Below are positions 21,884 through 32,571 of a DNA stretch of 64,000 nucleotides, one piece after another. Position 1 is the first letter of the stretch. Each line of letters starts with the position of its first letter. The translations under genes were made by a program, and so were the position numbers. The notes under the pieces were generated by a model that was not told the origin of the DNA, ran no database searches, and saw only the letters and a program-made list of their open reading frames with translations. The DNA comes from Picochlorum sp. SENEW3 (taxonomy: Eukaryota), in the NCBI GenBank assembly GCA_034226945.1, contig CP120460.1:744001-808000 (forward strand), given 5' to 3'.

Positions 21884-24579
21884 ATGAAAGCCAAATGTGT
21901 GATAACCCCTTCTTTATGGGCTAAAGCGCTGGTGATGCTGGTGATCACTTGTGGGCCGCGTTTTGCCTGGGCCTTCTTTACTGTCGACTGTGGCATTGTC
22001 ACGATTGAACGCTCCGATCCCCTTGTGTCTCCTGGAGCTGTTTCAGCGCATACTCATGTTGTTGCTGGATCAGATACTTTTGGTCCATCTGCGACGAATG
22101 CTATTCTGCGACAAGGTGCGATTTCTGTACGCGGCCCGCGGACACGCTCGGCCTGCAGGCAGTCAGACTCCAGTCTGACCGGTCAGTCTGGCTGGCGAAG
22201 AGTCACTCCAATGCATCCCTGACAGAAACCTTCCTGGCAGGAATGACAGACATTTATGTCGGGAGGTCAAATTATTAGCGTCGAACTTTTTCTGTGATGC
22301 GTGTTGTAAGTAACTTACTTCTTGTGTACACCTATTGCAGGGTCGTGTACCTCGTGCGACGTGAAGGAAGACAAGTCGGCGTATTGGACCCCACAGCTCT
22401 ATGTTGCTCCATCGGGAGCAAAGGGTCAGCTCCAGGAAGATATTGAGGCCCAAGGTGGTGTGCCTGTGCCCTTGGTGAACGGCAATGCTTTCATCATCTA
22501 CTATAAACTTATAACAGACAAGGGTGAAAGACAGGACAACGACGACGAAAAATGGGGAGAAATCGTCCCATTTCCAAAGGATTTCAGGGTGCTTGTGTCT
22601 GAAAGTATGATCAAAGAGAAGACGAAATCAGCTGGTACTCTCTTCAACCATCCTGTGACATACAAATGTCTTGGGTTTGGTGATCAAAGAGACACAGAAG
22701 ACTTCCCAAGCAACCCAGAGTTATGCACGGGCGGGCTGAGGACACAACTCACCTTCCCATCTTGCTGGGATGGTCAAAACTCAGACTCTGCGGACCATGG
22801 TTCTCATGTTTCATATCCAACTGGAAGCTGGGCTGGATCGCCATGCCCCGCATCTCACCCCATCAGATTACCAACTCTGTTCATTGAAGTCATCTACAAG
22901 ACAACGGACATCAAAGAGGAGTTTGCAAAGGGATGGAAGCTGATGTTCCCAGGAATGCCAAACCAGTTCCTTGACAGTGGTGGCCCTCTCTTTCATGCTG
23001 ACTTCATGAACGGCTGGCAGCAAGACTTTTTGATAAAGGCTGTGAATGAGTGTGGCATCACACCGTGCCCATTGATTCAGAAAAGATCGTCCTCTTGCAA
23101 GAAGTTGGATCAGAGCCCAAGCCCACCTGCAACCAGTCCTCCTCCTCCTCCTCCTCCTGCAACCAGTCCTCCTCCTCCTCCTGCAACCAGTCCTCCTCCT
23201 CCTCCTGCAACCAGTCCTCCTCCTCCTCCAACACCGTCTCCATCACCATCTCCATCACCCGAGCCCATACCACCCGAACCACCAAGTGGAGATGATGGAT
23301 TTACACTTCTATGGGCTGATGAATTTGATTCAAATAGCCTGGATAAGAGTAAGTGGACGCCAATGGAAGGAGATGGCTGCGAATATGGTATCTGTGGTTG
23401 GGGTAATGGAGAGTTTCAGTACTACACAAACATGGAAAGGAACGCCTTTGTCTCCGATGGCAGGCTTGTAATTCGTTCTATAAACGAGGCACAAGACCCA
23501 AAAGCACTCGAATCCTTCAGATCATACTGCAAGGGCAGGTGCGTTTTTCTCATCTTATATTTTGAATGCAGCAACCGATTCATTGATCCACTGGTTGACA
23601 TTTCTAACGGCCATGCAGGTGCCAGGTGACTGACCAAGCTTGCACATCTCGCTGTGACTCGATCAAAATCTCTTCTGCAAGATTGCGTACCAAGGGCAAA
23701 TTCGAAGTCAGTCCAAAGAATGCCCCATACCAGGATATGGACATCATCAAGATACAGACCCGATTCAGAGTGACCCCTGGTGCTGGACAATGGCCTGCTA
23801 TATGGATGCTCCCTTCCGCCAATGAGTATGGGGGATGGGCCGCGAGCGGAGAAATCGACATCATGGAGGCGGCGAATTCCATGGATTCAAGTACCAGCGC
23901 CATTCATTACGGAGGGCCCTGGCCGCAGAATGTCTTTTACAGCAAGAGAGCCTCTGCTGATGTCAGCCAGTGGACAACCATCACCTACTATTGGGAGGAG
24001 GACTTTATGCGTTGGGAAGTAAATGGAAATGAGTACATGACTGCCCAAAGTGGTCAAGGAAGAACAAGAGAAGGATGGTACACGACTGCGGCGAATGCAC
24101 CACCCAATGCTCCTTTCGACGAAAACTTTCATCTGTTGGTGAACCTGGCTGTTGGAGGAGGTTATACTGGAAATGTTGCCCTGGATACTGCGCTGCAAGC
24201 CTTGAATGAAGGATCCAAGCAGCTCGAAGTGGACTATATACGTGTGTCTGGAAAAACTGCCGTCCCATCACCATCGCCATCGCCATCGCCATCACCATCG
24301 CCATCGCCATCGCCATCACCATCACCATCGCCATCGCCATCGCCAAACCCATCGCCAAACCCATCGCCAAACCCAATTGATCCCCTGGACTCTTGTTCTT
24401 TCTGCTCAAACATCAGGCAGCAGGGCAAGCCTTATGGGTACTATGGAGATCCCTCCACTGGTTGCAGAGGATACTATACTTGCAAACAACGTGGGGCATG
24501 GTACAACGAATGTCCTCCTGATTTGCTCTTCAATGAGGCTTCAGCAGTTTGCGACCAGCCTGAAAATGTAGACTGCTAG
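21884..24579 (+). CDS. Secreted multidomain protein: DUF1996 - Pro-rich linker - GH16 beta-1,3-glucanase - (SP)n linker - CBM14-like chitin-binding domain; 3 exons
   Basis: Exons 21884-22115, 22341-23538 and 23619-24579, with phase-compatible GT-AG introns. DUF1996 motifs RSDPLVSPG..HTH, CTSC..EDKSAYW, FPSCWDG, HADFMNGW. GH16 motifs WADEF, WGNGE.QYY, WPAIWML, GEIDIME, F.LL.NLAVGG, VDYIRV. C-terminus has C..YYTC..CP..L.FN....CD....C. Confidence 0.88.
23124..23230 (+). repeat. Coding tandem repeat (PATSPPPP) x4
   Basis: CCTGCAACCAGTCCTCCTCCT... units seen directly. Confidence 0.9.
24265..24375 (+). repeat. Coding (Pro-Ser)n/(Pro-Asn) hexanucleotide repeat
   Basis: CCATCG/CCATCA/CCAAAC units, resembling a hydroxyproline-rich glycoprotein linker. 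Confidence 0.9.
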
Positions 24580-24632
24580 TCTATGCCAGTCTATGCCAGT
24601 CTATGCCAGTCTATGCCAGTCTATGTCAGTCT
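24578..24632. repeat. 10-bp tandem repeat AGTCTATGCC x~5.5
   Basis: Seen directly. It begins within the TAG stop of the upstream gene. Confidence 0.92.
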
Positions 24633-24931
24633 GTGTAAATGGAGATGACACTTTTCTCTCTGCTTCAAGTTGTATACTTTCAATTCTCCCATTACCCTGC
24701 CACACAGTTCTCTCCGAAATAAAAGCGATTGCTTTCATGCCTTAACAGAGGCTTGCATCACAATTGCAATGGACTTGTAACTTGCGTTTCCTTTCTTGGG
24801 ACATTTATTGAGGCACAGTGGAGATGCCCCCAGCGTCCTTGTGAACCCGACTCAATGCCGCCCTCCTCCATCACCCAACAATAATAATTGAAATATATTC
24901 CTCACACATCAATCACCCAATTCTAGGGAAT

Positions 24932-25443
24932 GCACCCATCTGACAGAGATTCCATGCCAGAGAGTTTCAGGCACCCAAAGAGAATCAAAACAGGATCAAA
25001 AGTTCAGCATGTTTCAGGACAAAAGCTAGACATTGACTCGCCTGTTGATGAGAACGAGGAGCCCGTGATCTTGATTAATCCAATCGACCATATTTTTCAG
25101 TTTCACAAGGCACTGAAGCAGGAACTCAAAGATCTGGAAAAGGCAGCCCTGCATCTCCAGCGAGAGGCCAGCGCAGCCGAGTCGTGGACCTCGGGTTCTG
25201 TCCTCTGTAGCATGATTCCTGACTTGCAAACGAGATTTGAGTTTCTCAGAGGTATCTACAGAGCACACTCGAGAGCTGAAGATGAAATTGTCTTCCCAGC
25301 ACTTGAATCAAAGGAAACTTTGTGAAACGTGAGCCATGCGTACTCCCTCGACCACAAACAGGAGGAACATCTGTTCCAGCGGGTCTCATCTGACGTGGCA
25401 GAGGTAGGTGCATGCATGGAGACGTTCAACTTGGAGATTTTGC
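24932..25443 (+). pseudogene. 512-bp duplicated internal fragment of the BRUTUS-like gene (copy of 28189-28700) with premature TGA
   Basis: Ungapped alignment at offset 3257 with 13 substitutions, including TCA>TGA at 25323-25325. Confidence 0.95.
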
Positions 25444-25622
25444 TGAACTAGCCAAATATACAACTACCACTACCAATGGGGAGTCCCCTTCACTATATGT
25501 ATGTCACCTGTGTTTTGCATCCAGTAAACGCATGAATGTGTCGAAGACAAGACCCAACCCATGCTGACTGCCGACAGCACACACACAAGAATCCTTGCAA
25601 ATAGGAATAAAATGAGGTGCGC

Positions 25623-26277
25623 TCACTCAGCATCAGAATCTTGCATTTCATCAAATCTATACTCCTCTACCATATTGTTCGCATCCGCAACTTTATGCCA
25701 CGCTTTGCAATGCTCACATTGAACAATCACCATGCCTTTTTCCCATGCCAGTGGATTCACCAACCGCTCTGACCTACCTCCTGCAAAGAGATGCTTGCAC
25801 AAAACATCATGACCGGACAAAATCACCGAGGGTACGGCATTGAAATTAAATCACGTACCACATGCGTTGCACGTAAAACTGACAAGCATGGACCTTCGTG
25901 GTAAATTCAAATCGATGGATGCACTGTTCCCCTGAACGGTTGCATCATCATCGTCCCCTGTATACAACACTCTCTGGGAATAAGATGACAGTCGTCGAAT
26001 GGAATCGCATGTACGAATTTGATCGAATTTGAACAAACATGAACGTACCATTGGCACGCACGATACAAAGCAAACGACGCCGGAGGAGAGAAGAGCCACA
26101 AAAGTACTGTGAGCATGGAGAGGAATGACCACCTTGCTGGTTCTTTCTTGGCGGCACCCTCCTGAGCGCCGTCACGGCCAACCTGCACGTACTGTCCCTC
26201 AAATAGCAAGCAGCAGGCTTTCCAGCCTCGCTCCTACGAGACTCGAGTGGAAGAGTAGAGATACTGAGCGCATGCAT
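25623..26277 (-). CDS. DNL-type zinc finger protein (Zim17/Tim15/HEP-like Hsp70 escort), organelle-targeted, 3 exons
   Basis: PRRSMLVSFTCNACG | GRSERLVNPLAWEKGMVIVQCEHCKAWHKVAD. GTACGT donors near 26047 and 25858. N-terminus resembles a transit peptide. Confidence 0.82.
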
Positions 26278-26599
26278 GATCTACCGAATGAAATAAGATT
26301 TCTGGGAAGAAAGAAGATACGATGAATTCAATCTGGGATCGACGCCGTAACCAGGACATGATTGAGAACATGAAGTTTGGCCCAGTTCATGAACTTTTTT
26401 TGTATTCCTAATGTAGGAAGGATCGGAGATTTTTCATGCAAGTCAATAGCACCCAGCATATACCATACCAATCATAGATTAAATAAATCCGTAAGAATGC
26501 ATTGCCCTGATGTGGGAAATACAAACAGACGTAGGATTCTAAGTTCTCGATTGGATTGAAGCATTTGTCCAAGGATCGCAGCCCTGACGACAAAATACG

Positions 26600-29500
26600 A
26601 TGAATGAGGACGTTTTATCGTCACCTTTATTAGTTTTTTATTCACAATTACATGATGCCATTCGACGGGAGCTTTCAGGCTTGTTCAAGACAGCGTTGTC
26701 CTTGGAAAAGGAGAGTATGCGCCAGGACAGGCGTGTTTCGGCGGTTGACAGCGGGTTAAAGGCATTGAAGGAGCGTTATAAATTCTTGGAAGAGTTGTAC
26801 AAGTATCACAGTAGTATTGAGGATGAAGTGCTGTACCCAGCGTTGGATGACAAGGTTCGAAATGTGACCCTTGCCTACTCTGTGGAGCATGAGGATGAGG
26901 AGCATTTGCTGGAGGAGCTATCGTCAATATTGACATCTGAGAATGCGCTGAAAGGTTTTCGCGAAAATGGTGGTGTTGATGGGCATAGTGATGGAAGCGT
27001 GCATACATCTGAAGGGCTGCATAAGCTTGCACGAAAGGTGGAGGAGGTCCATACCACGCTTACCAAGCATTTGGAAAAGGAGGGGGAGCAGATTTTACCG
27101 TTACTTCAGAATAACTTTAGCATCAATGAGCAGGCAGGGTTGGCGGTTCAATTTTTGTGTTGCATACCATATTCTGCAGTCAAGCCAATGCTTCAGTGGT
27201 TGCTTGGATCATTGTCCAAGGAGGACATGAGAAAGTTGAGCAATCAGATGGCCGAAGCCATCAGTGATCCTTGGCTGAAAAAAGTGATTCATAATTGTTT
27301 GGAACCTCAAGAGGTTGCTGGAGAGTTGAAGGAAGAACATGCTGGCGAGGAGTCGCCGCAAAGGGTTGTTGGAGAACCAAATGAGTTTGTGTGTTGTGGG
27401 TGCAGTCCTTGCACCACTGTAGTTGAGGGGGATATTGAGAATGGTGCACATCATCCTTTGAAAGAAGTGGTGTATTTTCATGAGGCTATTCGGTCAGCTA
27501 TCAGGTCTTTTGCCAAGGAGGCAGCATTGTTGAACAATAATCCTGCAGCGGCAGGAGTCTCATTGGAGCAATTGCAGGGTCTGGCAGAGAGGCATAGATT
27601 CATTAGAGCAGTTTGTCATTTCCATTCAACGTCAGAAGATGAAATATTATTTCCTGCTTTGAACAGGAGTGCTTCCCCTGGGGTTGAGATCAGTCATCAG
27701 TGTGAGGAGGATCATTCCTTGGAGACTGCCAGATTTGAAGCTCTGGGCCGGTTGCTGGGGGATGCCAGGGCTTGTGCGAGGCGTGGAGCGAAAGAGGTAT
27801 CTGAACTTATAGGAGAATTGGCCGAGGTTGCTCAGAAGTTGTCAAAGAGCATGCATGTGCATATGGCAAGGGAAGAGAGTGATATTTTCCCTGCGCTGAT
27901 GGAGAGACTGTGCCCTGCAGAACAAAGATATATTGTTTGGAGGCTTGTGCAGGCGATGCCTTTGCGCTTACTTGAGCGATTTATGCCCTGGATCGCATCA
28001 CAAATTTCCAAAACTGATTTAGATATGTGGCTTTCTGATATGAGGAAAGCCTCTCAGACTGAGCAGAAGCCTCTGGTCGAACTCCTTCGCCAGTGGGCTT
28101 TAAGAAGTATCACTGGCCAAGAATTGGCAAATGAAATGACAGAAAATCCTGCGGCGTATCCTATCAAGACGTGCGGTCCTTCTGAAAGGCACCCATCTGA
28201 CAGAGATTCCATGCCAGAGAGTTTCAGGCACCCAAAGAGAATCAAAACAGGATCAAAAGTTCAGCATGTTTCAGGACAAAAGCTAGACATTGACTCGCCT
28301 GTTGATGAGAACGAGGAGCCCGTGATCTTGATTAATCCAATCGACCATATTTTTCAGTTTCACAAGGCACTGAAGCAGGAACTCAAAGATCTGGAAAAGG
28401 CAGCCCTGCATCTCCAGCGAGAGGCCAGCGCAGCCGAGTCGTGGACCTCGGGTTCTGTCCTCTGTAGCATGATTCCTGACTTGCAAACGAGATTTGAGTT
28501 TCTCAGAGGTATCTACAGGGCTCACTCGAGAGCTGAGGATGAAATTGTCTTCCCAGCACTAGAATCAAAGGAAACTTTGTCAAACGTGAGCCATGCATAC
28601 TCTCTCGACCACAAGCAGGAGGAGCATCTGTTCCAGCAAGTCTCATCTGACGTAGCAGCGGTAGGTGCATGCATGGAGACGTTCAACTTGGAGATTTTGC
28701 GGTCTGCGGCATCAAAGTTATCTAGAATGTGTGCTGCTATCCGCGCTTCGCTCGAAACTCATATTAGGGCGGAAGAGAAAGAATTGTGGCCCTTGTTTAC
28801 GGAGCACTTTACTGTGCAAGAGCAGGAGGAGCTTGTGGGCATCATCATTGGCCAGACAGGAGCAGAGGTTTTGCAGGTGATGCTTTCCTGGGTGACCAAG
28901 TCAATGACTGAGGAGGAAGCAAATGCCATGATGTTCTCATTAAAATCCGCATCAAAATCCACTGCATTTGCAAATTGGTTGGGTGCAGCTCAAGCAAATG
29001 CGTCAAATGGATTAACCAGCAATTCGAATGGAAATGATGTGGGGCACAGCAGCTCTCCTGTGATTGCCATGCAGGAACAAAAGGCAGTTCTGGAAGAAGT
29101 GGCAGCATATCTGGCGAAAAATAATATCTCAGGGCCCAACGCTGCTCCATTGCATCAAAACATTCTCGTTGAACCAACGAGTTTGGATGCAACCCCTTTC
29201 AAACCAGGATGGGAGGATATATTCCGGATGAATCAAAAGCAGCTTGAGAGTGCAGTCAGGCGAGTGTCCGCTGACGATTCTCTTGAACCACAAAGAAAAG
29301 CATATCTGATTCAGCATCTCATGGCCAGTCGCTATATCGTGGCACAGCAAAAGCGAAATCCCGTCTTGTTGAAAGCAAAAGAGCATGGAATGCCTTCAGT
29401 ATCCACACTACGACCAAATAACACTCGTCATGGAAGTCAACAAGCAACAACGTCCCCTCTTGCAAATAGTTCAACTCCATCAGAGTGTACCAAAATGTAT

Positions 29501-30256
29501 CACGACAAGGAGAAGGGCATCCTAGGATGCAAGCATTATGCCAGAAATGCAATGCTTATTGCCCCATGCTGTGACAAAGAATTCACGTGTAGATTATGCC
29601 ATGATGAAAAAGTACTCGATCATAAACTGGATCGGTATCAAGTCAAGGAGATGAGATGCATGTTATGTGGGCTGAGGCAAAACATTAGCAATACGTGCTC
29701 TGGCTGTGGCAGCACCATGGCAGCATACTACTGCAACATATGCCATTTATTCGACAACGATGGCACCAAGGACATTTATCATTGCCCATTCTGCAATTTC
29801 TGCAGACGTGGCAAGGGGCTTGGAATAGACTCTTTTCATTGCATGTCCTGCAATGCATGCATGTCTCTGGAGCTCTTCAATAAGCACAAATGCACCGAAG
29901 CTGCCCTCTCAGGGACATGCCCCGTGTGTTCTGATCCTCTTTTTGAATCAAATACCCCAATCAAAGAACTCCCATGTGGGCATTTCATGCATTCATTGTG
30001 CTTTGGAGCATATGTCAGGTATTCATACACGTGTCCAATCTGTTCAAAATCTCTCGGAGACATGGAAGTGTACTGGAAAATGATTGACGCCATGCTCGCA
30101 TCAGAAAAGCTTCCATATGAATACGCCAAGAGAAAGCAAACCGTGAGGTGCAATGATTGCGGGGCAACATCACAGGCTCCATTCCACTTTGTCTATCACA
30201 AGTGCTCAAGCTGCCATGGGTACAACACAAGAGTATGCCATTCAGAGCATGAATAA
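26600..30256 (+). CDS. BTS: BRUTUS/HRZ-like iron-sensing E3 ligase (3 hemerythrin domains + CHY/CTCHY Zn finger + RING + Zn ribbon)
   Basis: Three H..IR/H...ED..L.PAL/EH/H...E repeats, FKPGWEDIFRMNQ, GCKHYARN..CC..CRLCHD, CPVC..CGHFMH..C..CPIC, CNDC..FHFVYHKC..C..YNT. Confidence 0.93.
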   Translation: MNEDVLSSPLLVFYSQLHDAIRRELSGLFKTALSLEKESMRQDRRVSAVDSGLKALKERYKFLEELYKYHSSIEDEVLYPALDDKVRNVTLAYSVEHEDEEHLLEELSSILTSENALKGFRENGGVDGHSDGSVHTSEGLHKLARKVEEVHTTLTKHLEKEGEQILPLLQNNFSINEQAGLAVQFLCCIPYSAVKPMLQWLLGSLSKEDMRKLSNQMAEAISDPWLKKVIHNCLEPQEVAGELKEEHAGEESPQRVVGEPNEFVCCGCSPCTTVVEGDIENGAHHPLKEVVYFHEAIRSAIRSFAKEAALLNNNPAAAGVSLEQLQGLAERHRFIRAVCHFHSTSEDEILFPALNRSASPGVEISHQCEEDHSLETARFEALGRLLGDARACARRGAKEVSELIGELAEVAQKLSKSMHVHMAREESDIFPALMERLCPAEQRYIVWRLVQAMPLRLLERFMPWIASQISKTDLDMWLSDMRKASQTEQKPLVELLRQWALRSITGQELANEMTENPAAYPIKTCGPSERHPSDRDSMPESFRHPKRIKTGSKVQHVSGQKLDIDSPVDENEEPVILINPIDHIFQFHKALKQELKDLEKAALHLQREASAAESWTSGSVLCSMIPDLQTRFEFLRGIYRAHSRAEDEIVFPALESKETLSNVSHAYSLDHKQEEHLFQQVSSDVAAVGACMETFNLEILRSAASKLSRMCAAIRASLETHIRAEEKELWPLFTEHFTVQEQEELVGIIIGQTGAEVLQVMLSWVTKSMTEEEANAMMFSLKSASKSTAFANWLGAAQANASNGLTSNSNGNDVGHSSSPVIAMQEQKAVLEEVAAYLAKNNISGPNAAPLHQNILVEPTSLDATPFKPGWEDIFRMNQKQLESAVRRVSADDSLEPQRKAYLIQHLMASRYIVAQQKRNPVLLKAKEHGMPSVSTLRPNNTRHGSQQATTSPLANSSTPSECTKMYHDKEKGILGCKHYARNAMLIAPCCDKEFTCRLCHDEKVLDHKLDRYQVKEMRCMLCGLRQNISNTCSGCGSTMAAYYCNICHLFDNDGTKDIYHCPFCNFCRRGKGLGIDSFHCMSCNACMSLELFNKHKCTEAALSGTCPVCSDPLFESNTPIKELPCGHFMHSLCFGAYVRYSYTCPICSKSLGDMEVYWKMIDAMLASEKLPYEYAKRKQTVRCNDCGATSQAPFHFVYHKCSSCHGYNTRVCHSEHE

Positions 30257-30776
30257 ATGAATCATTCCATCAATCAATTATGAATTGCACATTCCTTGTT
30301 TCTGTGTAATACCTGCGTGTATCGGATACGATACGCCTTCTTCTTAGGACCTATCAGGGAAATCCCCCACCCCAATCGATTGGGGTGGTACGATCCCATG
30401 GGATGGCCATCGAATCGTTTAAACCCGAAGCGCTGTAGGTTCCTCAACGCACCAAATAACCCGATTATCGCATTGTGTATGAAATTCTGTCATTATATCT
30501 GGATCCATCATTAAAGTTCGGAGAGATATTGCAAAGTGTCTGCAATTGCACCAGGAGTGCGCGTGATTTGGGTTGGAGCACTCCTCTCTACCAGTGAGCT
30601 ATATTCGATCGATTATTCAAAGAATCACAGTCTTTTAGTAGATATTTGATAAACATCGACTGGTCTTGATGGCAAAATAGAGTTTTTCGCAGTTCGATTA
30701 CTTGCGCCTCTTAAATTCGCAAACATTCCTATTCAGCACCGCTGATTGAATTCCTTGGAGATTTTTGCTCATAAAT

Positions 30777-32195
30777 ATGGATAGATCGTTTGGTGGGGGC
30801 GATAACACCGAACGAGAGGCGTCAACACAGGAGACAACTGGAGTTGGGTTTCCAAAGACACAGGAGCGCTCTCAGTCTGATCGTGAAAAGGATGCTGTGC
30901 ATGTTGCATTGGAACAAGCACCATTTCAGGAAGATGAGGATGCCGTGTCAAAACATGAACAGATCGCGGGCGGCTCGGGTGAGGTGAGAGAACACGAAGA
31001 GGTAGTAGTTACAGCACAGGACTTGGGCTTGTTGCCCAAGAGAGAGCCCAAGTCTGCTCTCACTCGGCTCTGTCATGACTTTTTGGATAAATTTGGTCAT
31101 GTTGAGCCGGATGGTCGCCCAGGATCGCTGGTATTAAGTCATGCTGCTGCCCACTGTGGGGTTCCACGGCGACGCATGTATGATGTGATTAATGTATTAG
31201 AAGCGATAAAGGTTGTCAAACGAGTTGGAAAGTTACAATATGAGTTTCTTGGATATGATGGCTTGCCTGATGTTATCACAGAGATCATGAGTGAGACAGA
31301 TCCATTGCATAACCCAGACATCAATGTGTCTGATGCCCAGATGAAGGATCTGAATTCGTTATCCAATCTCACCAGGCGTTTGATTCGAACGTTGCTACAT
31401 GCTGGAGGAACTGCATCGCTTTCTGATTGCGCTGCGTATCTTCTTGGCCCAGGTTTTGTCCCAGAGACAGTCAAGAAGAACAGGACCCAGAGGCAGATCA
31501 CGACCGAAAGACGGCTGTACGACATTGGCTCGATACTCTGTAGTATAGGAATTATTGAAAAATTGAATCCACACAAACGGCAGCCCTCATTCCATTGGAC
31601 ATATGGTTGGAAACCAGGAGATGCCCATCAACCTCCTGAATTGGCAGTAGCAAAACAGGCACGCGAACCGAGGCCGATTCTGGAAAAGCTTTCTGAAGAA
31701 GATGTACTGGAAACGAGTTCAAGCAAGAGAAAAAAGCCTGCTGAAGCGAAAAGTCCTGAGAAATCTGCCAGGATGCATACGCCCACACAACAGCCACAGT
31801 TCTCTGGCATGATGCCACCAGGCTTCAATTTGGAGGCTGCAGACGCAGAGAAGTTTTCCAATCTCATGTATAATCCAGCTCTATTCAATTCAATGTCCAT
31901 GCCGATGGGCATGCTGCCAAACACCATGCCGCACTCAGCAGAGCCAATTGATCCAGTACAGCTTGATCCATCAGCACTGGCTGCATTTATTGCGGCGCAG
32001 CAAAATATCGATTTTTCATCACACCAATCACCTGGTATTCCAAACGATGTGGCGCACGGAGATTTCATGATGCAATTCCTGCCATACATGCAGCAACTGA
32101 TATCAGGGACGCTGGATCCATCACCTGCTCCAGAACAGCGTGGAAAAGAAACCGATGAGCAGCAGCCAGACTATAGAACTCAAGATCCGTCATAA
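30777..32195 (+). CDS. Atypical E2F (DEL/E2F7-8-like) transcription factor with two DNA-binding domains
   Basis: RRRMYDVINVLE and ERRLYDIGSIL duplicated E2F/DP signatures, with no dimerisation or Rb-binding region evident. First ATG is at 30777. Confidence 0.85.
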   Translation: MDRSFGGGDNTEREASTQETTGVGFPKTQERSQSDREKDAVHVALEQAPFQEDEDAVSKHEQIAGGSGEVREHEEVVVTAQDLGLLPKREPKSALTRLCHDFLDKFGHVEPDGRPGSLVLSHAAAHCGVPRRRMYDVINVLEAIKVVKRVGKLQYEFLGYDGLPDVITEIMSETDPLHNPDINVSDAQMKDLNSLSNLTRRLIRTLLHAGGTASLSDCAAYLLGPGFVPETVKKNRTQRQITTERRLYDIGSILCSIGIIEKLNPHKRQPSFHWTYGWKPGDAHQPPELAVAKQAREPRPILEKLSEEDVLETSSSKRKKPAEAKSPEKSARMHTPTQQPQFSGMMPPGFNLEAADAEKFSNLMYNPALFNSMSMPMGMLPNTMPHSAEPIDPVQLDPSALAAFIAAQQNIDFSSHQSPGIPNDVAHGDFMMQFLPYMQQLISGTLDPSPAPEQRGKETDEQQPDYRTQDPS

Positions 32196-32571
32196 AAGAG
32201 TGAGTGGTTTTCCCATGTTGATCCATGCTTCGGAGAGACCGATTCAGCGCAATGGGTGATCCTGGACCACTGGTCCAGGACCATGCATGTGGGTGGTAGT
32301 AGGAACATTTCTGTCCACCCAAGATCTCATAGTTTCACCGAATACCTGTAATATTCCAACACTGTATTTTATTTTATTTTATTTCATTCATAGGTATAGA
32401 GAGCCTCTTTGACGGGTTTATTTAGAAGAGTACAGTATTCGAGAACGTCTTGAGTGACAACTGGTCTTCCCTGGGCGTGTAGTCGACAGAGGGGATTTGA
32501 TTGGTTCCATTACCACCTACGTATTGTCAAGGTAATAGTATTGAGTCGACTGTGTGCCAGAGACCCGCTGT

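Noticed and set aside
23050..24571. Poly-Ser, poly-Glu, His/Arg and Gly/Asp repeat ORFs in other frames
   Set aside because: They are alternative-frame readings of the Pro-rich linkers of the DUF1996-GH16 gene.
24578..24632. Short repeat array as a CRISPR-like locus
   Set aside because: The 10-bp units are head-to-tail with no spacers, there are no cas genes, and the context is eukaryotic.
24930..25325. 131-aa ORF as an independent hemerythrin gene
   Set aside because: It is a truncated copy of an internal BTS segment. Its ATG is created at the junction and it ends at a TCA>TGA nonsense change.
21187..25545. Cargo segment as a bona fide transposon or LTR element
   Set aside because: There is no transposase, RT, TIR or TG..CA ends, and the flanking repeat is host gene sequence rather than an LTR.
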